Shown here piece by piece: positions 57,169-64,000 of a stretch of 64,000 nt of DNA. A program made the position numbers and the translations under genes. The notes beneath the pieces were generated by a model. It did no database searches. It had not been told where the DNA came from and worked only from the letters and a program-made list of their open reading frames with translations. The stretch spans positions 42,759-106,758 of the forward strand of contig JAXGNG010000002.1 of NCBI GenBank assembly GCA_040768125.1, in the 5' to 3' direction. How positions within the stretch are numbered: the stretch's first letter is position 1; every line of letters begins with the position of its first letter. Origin of the DNA: Spirochaetota bacterium (GTDB taxonomy: Bacteria > Spirochaetota > UBA4802 > UBA5550).

Positions 57169-58210
57169 AAAGGAAGAACTTGAAAAGCTCGACAGGGAAA
57201 TCCTCAGGCTTATTTCTCGGAGGGCCGGGCTCTATGTCGAGGCGTTGAGAAACCTGCCTCCGGAGGAGGCCTTTGATGCCGGCCACCGCGGACGCACCTT
57301 CGCGCTTATCGACGAAACGGACGCGTCGCCTCTTACCCCTGAAATAATGAAGAGGCTGTACCTCGAGATTTTTTCCGGCTGCCTCGCCGCCGTGTCGCCG
57401 GTCACCGTTGCCTTCCTCGGCCCCGAGGGGACCTTCACCGGCATTGCCGTTCACGAGTTTCTCGGCGAATCGATAGTGGCATTGCCCCAGCGCACCATCC
57501 AGGACGTGTTCAGGCAGGTGGAGTCGGGGGCCGCGCGTTTCGGAGTGGTACCCGTGGAGAACAGCACCGAGGGCTCCGTGACCTACACCCTCGACGAGCT
57601 TGTCGAGACGGACCTGCAGATACTTTCCGAGCGTTATGTCAGGATCACCTACAGCCTTCTCTCGCGCGAACAGGAGAGCGCGTCGATTAGGAAGGTGTAC
57701 AGTCATCCCCAGTCCCTGGGCCAGTGCAAGGGGTGGCTCCGAGCCAACCTGCCGGGTGCGGCGATGGAAGCGGTCGACTCGACGTCCACGGCGGCTGAAA
57801 TGGCCTCCCGGGAGGATGGTTCCGCCGCCATCGCGTCATCGAACGCCGGGGCGCTCTATGGCCTCACTACCCTGGCCACGATGCTCGAGGATTCGCGGCA
57901 GAACTATACGCGGTTTTTCCTCATGGGGAAAGGCTCCCCGGCCCCCACGGGGAGCGACAAGACTTCCATCGTGTGCGCAGTGCAGGACCGTCCCGGCGCC
58001 CTCCTCGCGCTCCTTGCCCCTTTCAGCGACGCCGGCATAAACATGATGAGGATTGAATCGCGGCCCGACAAGAAGAAGATGTGGGAGTATATTTTCTTCA
58101 TTGATTTCGGGGGCCATCGCGATGATTCCCTGGTCAGGGACGCCCTTGGAAAAATGCGGCGCGAGACGGTCTTTCTGAAGATTCTCGGTTCCTACCCCGC
58201 GGGGGGGTGA
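57161..58210 (+). CDS. pheA: Chorismate mutase/prephenate dehydratase (P-protein)
   Basis: Short CM-like N-terminus, FLGPEGT, PVENSTEG, YSHPQ, NYTRF and an ACT domain (ESRP, LGSYP). Confidence 0.95.
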   Translation: MSKKEELEKLDREILRLISRRAGLYVEALRNLPPEEAFDAGHRGRTFALIDETDASPLTPEIMKRLYLEIFSGCLAAVSPVTVAFLGPEGTFTGIAVHEFLGESIVALPQRTIQDVFRQVESGAARFGVVPVENSTEGSVTYTLDELVETDLQILSERYVRITYSLLSREQESASIRKVYSHPQSLGQCKGWLRANLPGAAMEAVDSTSTAAEMASREDGSAAIASSNAGALYGLTTLATMLEDSRQNYTRFFLMGKGSPAPTGSDKTSIVCAVQDRPGALLALLAPFSDAGINMMRIESRPDKKKMWEYIFFIDFGGHRDDSLVRDALGKMRRETVFLKILGSYPAGG

Positions 58211-58253
58211 GGCGGATGCGAAGAAACCGGGGCTGCGGTGCGGGGTGAGGATC

Positions 58254-59126
58254 ATGTTTGAGCATATAGCGGTATTCGGTCTGGGCCTCCTCGGGGGATC
58301 GGTATGCAGGGGGGTGAGGCGGAGATACCCCGGTGTGCGTCTCTCGGCCTTCGGGAGGAGCGGGGCGCGACTTGAAGCGGCGCTGCGCGAGGGCACCATA
58401 GACGCGGCGGGGGAAATCGAATCGGCCTCACTCATGGGCGTGGACCTCGCCATCGTGTCGACCCCCGTGGAGGCATCCATGGAAATCATCTCCCGCATCC
58501 TTTCGGACCCTGAGCTAGGCCCGACCGCCCTGGTCATTGACGTGGGAAGCGTGAAGGACGCGGTGGTGCGGTCGGCGCGGTCCCACGAGCGCTCATCACA
58601 GTTCATCGGCTGCCACCCCATGGCGGGATCGGAAAAAATGGGATACATGAACAGCAGCGAGGACCTTTTCGAAGGGGCTTCCGTCATCATCACGCCCCAC
58701 CGGGATAACCGGGAGGGTGATGTCGGTGCGGTGCGGGAATTCTGGGAATCCCTGGGGGCCCTGACGGCCGTCGTGCCCGCCGATACGCATGACCTGATCG
58801 TTTCATGCACGAGCCATCTTCCCCACATGGTCGCCGCCGCACTGGTGCGGGTCATCGACGAGAGCCTCCGGCAAGGCGGGATGCCGGAGCGCGTTGACCT
58901 GTTCATAGGCGGGGGGTTCCGGGACACCACCCGCGTCGCCTCGGGATCGCCGGAGATGTGGCGGGATATTTCGGCGCTGAACCGGGAGAACATCATGTCC
59001 GCAGTTGACAGGATGATCGACGAGCTGGCGCTTCTTAAAAAGCTGATGGAAGAGGACCCCTCCCGTTCGGATGCGGTCGGAGGGTATCTCGAGGCGGCAA
59101 AAGCCGCAAGGGACGGGCTTCTGTGA
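58254..59126 (+). CDS. tyrA: Prephenate/arogenate dehydrogenase
   Basis: Motifs GLGLLGGS, DVGSVK, HPMAGSE, SHLPH and GFRDTTRVA. Confidence 0.94.
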   Translation: MFEHIAVFGLGLLGGSVCRGVRRRYPGVRLSAFGRSGARLEAALREGTIDAAGEIESASLMGVDLAIVSTPVEASMEIISRILSDPELGPTALVIDVGSVKDAVVRSARSHERSSQFIGCHPMAGSEKMGYMNSSEDLFEGASVIITPHRDNREGDVGAVREFWESLGALTAVVPADTHDLIVSCTSHLPHMVAAALVRVIDESLRQGGMPERVDLFIGGGFRDTTRVASGSPEMWRDISALNRENIMSAVDRMIDELALLKKLMEEDPSRSDAVGGYLEAAKAARDGLL

Positions 59127-59827
59127 CGCGCATGATCGTCGCCGTGGACGGACCGGCGGGATCCGGCAAGAGCAGCGTCTCGCGCCATGTCGCCGCGAAG
59201 ATGGGGCTCCGGTACATCGATTCCGGGGCAATCTACCGCGCCATTACCCTGTTCGTCCTTACCCGTGACGGCTCAGTTGAGCGCGATTTCAAGTTCACCC
59301 CTGACATCGCCGAAGCGGACATCAAGCAGGAATTTCTACCCGACCGTGCATGCCGCACCTGGCTCAACGGAGCTGACGTGTCGACGCGCATACGCGACGA
59401 AAAAATAACCGGCAGCATCGGCATCATCTCCGATTGCCGACCCGTGCGGGAGCACGTGAATGGGCTCCTGCGCGGCTGGGCGAGGGAGTCGTCGGTCATC
59501 ATGGACGGCCGCGATATCGGCACCGTGGTGTTTCCCTTCGCCGACCTCAAGATATACCTGGACGCGTCGCCCGAGGTGAGGGCCCTGCGGCGCGTTAATG
59601 AATATCGGGAACTGGGAAAAAATGTTGACGAAAAACTCATCAAAAAACAGATTATACTGCGGGACGAGCAGGATACCCGGCGTCCCTTCGGCGCCCTGGT
59701 CCGCGCCCCTGACGCGCTCGCCATTGACACGTCCCGCATGACGATGGACCAGGTGATTGAGAGAATCAGCCAGGAGATTATTATCAGGATGGAGCGCCAT
59801 GGAGCCGCACACCCAGGAAATGAATGA
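59123..59827 (+). CDS. cmk: Cytidylate kinase
   Basis: Motifs DGPAGSGKS, DSGAIYRA and DGRDIGTVVFP. Confidence 0.97.
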   Translation: MTRMIVAVDGPAGSGKSSVSRHVAAKMGLRYIDSGAIYRAITLFVLTRDGSVERDFKFTPDIAEADIKQEFLPDRACRTWLNGADVSTRIRDEKITGSIGIISDCRPVREHVNGLLRGWARESSVIMDGRDIGTVVFPFADLKIYLDASPEVRALRRVNEYRELGKNVDEKLIKKQIILRDEQDTRRPFGALVRAPDALAIDTSRMTMDQVIERISQEIIIRMERHGAAHPGNE

Positions 59828-61469
59828 GCAGATCGACATGGAACATGTCGCGGATTCCGCCGGCGAGGACATACGCCCGGGCATGATCGTTCAGGGTGAA
59901 ATCGTGACCATGGACCAGGAGTATGCCTACGTGAACGTGGGGACCAAGACCGACGGCCGCATACCAATCCATGAATTCGATGAGCCCCCCGCCCTGGGAA
60001 GCGTGGTGCCCGTGATGCTCATGAAGAACGGGACCGTTGACGGAATGCACCAGTATTCCGTGAAGTCGGCCGCCCTTGAGACGAACTGGAAGCGTTTCCT
60101 TGAAAAACACCAGGAGGGGGAAAAGATCGTTGAGGGAAGGATCACGAGTTCCGTAGATAAAGGAAAGATCGTCGATTGCGGCGGTGTCCAGGCATTTCTT
60201 CCTTTTTCCCTGAGCGCGGACCTCAAGGGCCGTTCCTCCTCGAACGAGGATTACCAGTTCGTTATACACAGTATCGACAAGAAGAAAAAGAACGTGGTGC
60301 TTTCCCGCAAGGATTATCTTGAAGGGGAGCTCGAGGCCCGGTGGGACGCCTTTACCTCCCGCTACAAGCCCGGGGACCGCGTCAACGGCGTGGGCGTGAA
60401 GTACGTTGAATTCGGAATATTCGTACGCGTCGAGGGCCTTGACGCACTCCTCCACCGCAACGACATGTCATGGAAAAAGGTGTTCAAGCAGAGGAAGGTG
60501 CTGAAGCTCGGCGTGGACCAGGAGTTCCTCATCCTTGATATCAATCGCGGGGAGAGGAAGATTTCCCTGGGCCTCAAACAGCTGGTCGATGACCCCTGGC
60601 TTACCATCAGCGAGCGCTACCATCCGGGTGACCGCGTTGCCGGAAAGGTCGTTACCCTGACCGGCCACGGGGCATTCGTGGAGATCGATGACGGCATCGA
60701 GGGCTTCGTGGGAAACCAGGATCTTTCCTGGAGCAAGAGCGGCGTCAACGTCAAGGACGTGCTTCACAAGGGGGAGACCGCGGAATTCATGGTCCTCGAC
60801 ATCAACCAGGAAGGCCGGAGGCTCTCACTGGGATACAAGCAGCTCATGCCGAACCCCTGGGACACCGCCGAGGAGCGTTTTCCCGTCGGTTCGGTACACA
60901 GGAAAAAAATAAAGAAGATCGTAAAGTTCGGCATGTTCGTTGAGCTTGATGACGAGATCGACGGTCTCGTGCACCTTTCCGACATCACCTGGGAGGGGAA
61001 CCTCAAAAGCGTGCCCGACGGCTATGCCGCGGGCGACGAGGTGGAGATCAAGATTCTCGAGGTCAACCGCCAGGATATGAAGATCGGCTGCGGGATCAAG
61101 CAGCTGGGCAGGTCCCCCTGGGAGATGATCAGGGAAAAGTACCCGCCGCGCTCCCGCGTCGAGGGCGTCGTTTCCGGGATTACCTCCTTCGGGGTGTTCG
61201 TGAAGCTCGAGGATAACATCGAAGGGCTTGTGCACATATCAGAGGTGGCGCGGAAGAGAGTCGAGAACATCGAGGAGCATTTCAAGATCGGGGATCCCGT
61301 GGGGGTCGTGGTCCTCGATGTCGATGTCGCGAAACAGCGCCTTTCACTCAGCATAAAATCGTACGACGCGGTGACCGAAAAAGAGGAGCTGGACAGGGTG
61401 ATGAAGGGGACCCGCCCCCGCACCGTGACCCTGGGAGACATGGTGAATATTAACCTGGAGAATAAATAG
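59799..61469 (+). CDS. rpsA: 30S ribosomal protein S1
   Basis: Six S1 domains (FGIFV...LLH, GAFVE, FGMFVE...GLVH, ISLGLKQ), downstream of cmk. Confidence 0.93.
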   Translation: MEPHTQEMNEQIDMEHVADSAGEDIRPGMIVQGEIVTMDQEYAYVNVGTKTDGRIPIHEFDEPPALGSVVPVMLMKNGTVDGMHQYSVKSAALETNWKRFLEKHQEGEKIVEGRITSSVDKGKIVDCGGVQAFLPFSLSADLKGRSSSNEDYQFVIHSIDKKKKNVVLSRKDYLEGELEARWDAFTSRYKPGDRVNGVGVKYVEFGIFVRVEGLDALLHRNDMSWKKVFKQRKVLKLGVDQEFLILDINRGERKISLGLKQLVDDPWLTISERYHPGDRVAGKVVTLTGHGAFVEIDDGIEGFVGNQDLSWSKSGVNVKDVLHKGETAEFMVLDINQEGRRLSLGYKQLMPNPWDTAEERFPVGSVHRKKIKKIVKFGMFVELDDEIDGLVHLSDITWEGNLKSVPDGYAAGDEVEIKILEVNRQDMKIGCGIKQLGRSPWEMIREKYPPRSRVEGVVSGITSFGVFVKLEDNIEGLVHISEVARKRVENIEEHFKIGDPVGVVVLDVDVAKQRLSLSIKSYDAVTEKEELDRVMKGTRPRTVTLGDMVNINLENK

Positions 61470-61472
61470 GAC

Positions 61473-62183
61473 ATGGCGCGTAAACCCAGGTACAGGAACG
61501 AGCAGCGCTCAGGCGATATCCAGATCCAGAGGAACATCATCGAGCGCTTTCTCATGCAGGTGAAGGATTTCGTTAAAAAGAACCGAAGGGCCGTCCTGAT
61601 CGGCGCGCTCTGCTTTCTCGCGGTTATCGTGATCGTCGTGATCGGATTGATCGTCGTGGACGGGATCAGGTCCCGGAACGAGGCCCGCTTCGAGAAGATT
61701 GTGGACGAGTACAACCGGATCGCGCCCTCGGGGGACAGCGTCAAGGTCACGGCCGTCATCGAAGACCTGAAGGGGTTCATTGAGTCTTCACGGATCGGGC
61801 CGGGCCGAAGCCTTGGATATTACACCCTGGGGGACATACTCCACACGAGGAAGGAATTCAAGGACGCGGCGCGGTACTTCATCCTCTACGCGGAGGGCAA
61901 CGGCGCCACCGTCCTGGCCCCTCTCGCCCTGGTCAAGGCCGCCATATGCCTGGAGGAGGCGGATGACCTCAAGGGCGCCCTGGTGGTGTACCGCAGGCTG
62001 GAGGATGAATATTCCGACAGCGTCGTGGCCGACCAGATATATTATCATTTCGCCAGGGCGTGTGCCCTCACGGGAGACCTCGCGAACGCGAAAGCACACT
62101 ACAACAAGGTCATCAATACCTACCCCGAGTCAACCTTCGCCCAGCGCGCGAGGAAACGGCTCTTCATGCTGGGGGCTCGGTAA
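61473..62183 (+). CDS. Membrane-anchored TPR protein (YfgM/CpoB-like)
   Basis: A single TM followed by TPR helices, ending YPESTFAQRA. Confidence 0.75.
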   Translation: MARKPRYRNEQRSGDIQIQRNIIERFLMQVKDFVKKNRRAVLIGALCFLAVIVIVVIGLIVVDGIRSRNEARFEKIVDEYNRIAPSGDSVKVTAVIEDLKGFIESSRIGPGRSLGYYTLGDILHTRKEFKDAARYFILYAEGNGATVLAPLALVKAAICLEEADDLKGALVVYRRLEDEYSDSVVADQIYYHFARACALTGDLANAKAHYNKVINTYPESTFAQRARKRLFMLGAR

Positions 62184-62346
62184 AGGCCGGAGAACCCGCC
62201 GGAAGGGCCGGATTCCGGAAAATTTATCTTGACAGAATCCGTCCCGGATCAAGACAATCCCCGAATGACATGGTGGATCCGGATTCGGATACCAACCGCG
62301 GGGCCCCGGCCGGCGGAGTAAATAGATCATTGACGGAGTTGCGATC

Positions 62347-62538
62347 GTGGCGTTACCAAAGAGAAGGAAATCAAAATCAAAATCAAGGATGAGGCGTTCC
62401 CATCATGCCCTCGGGGTCCCCAATCTTCGCCCGTGCCCTCGCTGCGGGGCCTATGGGCTACCCCACAGGGTGTGCGCTGAGTGCGGGTCGTACAAGGGCG
62501 AAGTGATCGTCGAGAAGAAGGTGAAGATAAAAGAATAA
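62347..62538 (+). CDS. rpmF: 50S ribosomal protein L32 (Zn-ribbon form)
   Basis: [11 protein letters not shown]...RRSH, CPRC...PHRVC..CG. Confidence 0.97.
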   Translation: MALPKRRKSKSKSRMRRSHHALGVPNLRPCPRCGAYGLPHRVCAECGSYKGEVIVEKKVKIKE

Positions 62539-62561
62539 CCTCGACCCGATATCGTTACATG

Positions 62562-62589
62562 AACAGGGGTGCCCAGGGCACCCCTGTTT
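62562..62589 (+). terminator. Hairpin terminator after rpmF
   Basis: AACAGGGGTGCC-cag-GGCACCCCTGTTT. Confidence 0.75.
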
Positions 62590-62600
62590 CGTATTATATC

Positions 62601-62629
62601 TTGACAATTTTCACTCAACGCAACAGAAT
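62601..62629 (+). promoter_or_regulatory. sigma70-type promoter of acpP-rnc
   Basis: TTGACA-N17-CAGAAT. Confidence 0.55.
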
Positions 62630-62684
62630 GAGCGCCGCGCGATCCCTTATCGCGACGCCTCTTCGCCGATCATGGAGGAACGCC

Positions 62685-62921
62685 ATGCCCGCACTGTTTG
62701 ATCGGGTGCAGAAGATCATTATGAAACAGCTTAACGTCGACGAGAGCCAGGTTACCGGTGACGCGTCCTTCACCGATGATCTCGGAGCGGATTCCATAGA
62801 TTCCGTGGAACTCGTCATGGCCTTCGAGGCCGAGTTCAATATCGATATCACTGAGCAGGACGCGGAGGGATTCATCAAGGTTGATGACGTGGTGAAGTAT
62901 CTCAAGGCGCGCCTCGGTTGA
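62685..62921 (+). CDS. acpP: Acyl carrier protein (housekeeping)
   Basis: DDLGADSIDSVELVMAFE, with a GGAGG RBS. Confidence 0.96.
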   Translation: MPALFDRVQKIIMKQLNVDESQVTGDASFTDDLGADSIDSVELVMAFEAEFNIDITEQDAEGFIKVDDVVKYLKARLG

Positions 62922-62957
62922 CGGCGCGCGATTCTCGGGACGGGGCCGCGACGCGAC

Positions 62958-63716
62958 ATGGGACGTGAACCGGGCGGGTCAGCCGCAGATCGACGCAGGC
63001 GGAACAGGGAACGGCAGAAGAGCCTCGATCATTTCCAGGCGGTCACCAGGACCACGTTCAAGAACCCCTCACTTCTCCGGCGTGCCCTCACTCATCGCTC
63101 CTACGTAAACGAACATGGAAACGGAATCGGGGACAATGAGCGCCTCGAGTATCTGGGCGACTCGGTGCTCGCCCTGGTGGTGAACGAATATCTCTACCGC
63201 CATTACGAGGATTACCGCGAGGGAAAGCTCGCCAAGATAAAATCGTCCGTGGTGTCCGAGACCACCCTGGCGAAGATCGCGAAGAAGATACACCTGGGCG
63301 ACCATCTCCTCATGGGGAGGGGTGAGGAGAACAGCGGTGGGAGGGAGCGTCCCTCGATCCTCGCCGACGGGCTCGAAGCGGTGATCGGGGCCCTCTATCT
63401 GGATGCGGGGCTGAAAGCGAGCCGCCAGTTCATCATGAGGCTCCTCAGGGACGAGATCCAGAAATCAGAGGAACTCGGCCAGAGCAGGGACCCGAAGACC
63501 GCCCTGCAGGAATACGTCCAGAGAAAGTACCGGGAGCGTCCGGTGTACGAAGTGGTGGAAGAGCGCGGACCGGACCACGACAAGGAATTCACGGTGAAGT
63601 TGCTGATCCGGGGCAGGGAGATCGTTACCGCCGACGGGCCCAGCAAGCGCAAGGCGGAAATGAACGCGGCCCGGGCCTCCCTCAGGATCATCGAGGAAGA
63701 GGAAGGTGACCTGTAG
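62958..63716 (+). CDS. rnc: Ribonuclease III
   Basis: Motifs ALTHRS and NERLEYLGDSVL, plus a dsRBD (DPKTALQE, GPDH, SKRKAE). Confidence 0.98.
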   Translation: MGREPGGSAADRRRRNRERQKSLDHFQAVTRTTFKNPSLLRRALTHRSYVNEHGNGIGDNERLEYLGDSVLALVVNEYLYRHYEDYREGKLAKIKSSVVSETTLAKIAKKIHLGDHLLMGRGEENSGGRERPSILADGLEAVIGALYLDAGLKASRQFIMRLLRDEIQKSEELGQSRDPKTALQEYVQRKYRERPVYEVVEERGPDHDKEFTVKLLIRGREIVTADGPSKRKAEMNAARASLRIIEEEEGDL

Positions 63717-64000
63717 ACCATTCAGACGCGGTATAAGCATCCGGGTTTCCGGCGTGCTGATTCGTGACGACACGATATGTTTCGTCGCACATCGCAAGCG
63801 CGGGAGGACCTACTGGCTCCTCCCGGGGGGCGGGGTCCGGTACGGCGAGTCCCTGGTTGATGCCCTCCGCCGCGAATTCAGGGAGGAGCTTGGCATCGAG
63901 GTGGAGACGGGAAGGTTCCTCTTCGCCTGCGATTCTATCGATCCCTTCGGCAGGCGTCATATCATGAACGTTTCATTCATGTGCCGCCACCGGGACGGGG
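63706..64000 (+). CDS. NUDIX hydrolase, 3'-truncated by the window edge (not in the supplied ORF track)
   Basis: From GTG 63706 the frame reads ...IRVSGVLIRDD...YWLLPGGGVRYGESLVDALRREFREELG, a Nudix box. The frame is open to the end of the window. Confidence 0.88.
   Translation, partial: MTCRPFRRGISIRVSGVLIRDDTICFVAHRKRGRTYWLLPGGGVRYGESLVDALRREFREELGIEVETGRFLFACDSIDPFGRRHIMNVSFMCRHRDG

Noticed and set aside
1-64000. CRISPR arrays, IS elements, prophage, DGR, retron or other defence systems
   Set aside because: I saw no regularly spaced repeats and no transposase, integrase, reverse transcriptase or phage structural motifs.

Overview
A GC-rich (about 60%) chromosomal core segment from a spirochaete related to the Leptospirae. 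This placement rests on an FcpA-like flagellar sheath gene, a LipL31-like gene next to mfd, and the infC-rpmI-rplT-zapB/zapA-cheWABY-scpAB-pheA-tyrA-cmk-rpsA order. The organism is probably anaerobic, given the methanogen-type homocysteine synthesis operon and an RnfB-like protein. Most genes are housekeeping, motility, chemotaxis or envelope genes. There is one tRNA-Val(GAC). I see no CRISPR array, rRNA, transposase or prophage. The most striking locus is at 669-5473. A KDSR-like (3-ketosphinganine reductase-type) SDR is transcribed divergently from a fatty acyl-AMP ligase, a dedicated ACP and an SPT-like alpha-oxoamine synthase, and a near-consensus sigma54 promoter plus perfect palindromes lie between them. 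This looks like a complete route to a sphingoid-type long-chain amino alcohol, in a phylum not recognised as making sphingolipids. The kdsA/lptCAB LPS genes often found between pyrG and rpoN are absent at that position, which raises the hypothesis of a sphingolipid-containing, possibly LPS-poor outer membrane. Other oddities are an HPF with a tandemly duplicated dimerisation domain, an orphan rnfB translationally coupled to a fliG paralog, a ZapB-like protein with a multivalent acidic/hydrophobic repeat tail, a CheA-CheC fusion, a catalytically degenerate family-4 UDG and a compositionally mosaic Cys-rich lipoprotein. All family assignments come from motif recognition by eye. No database searches were run.
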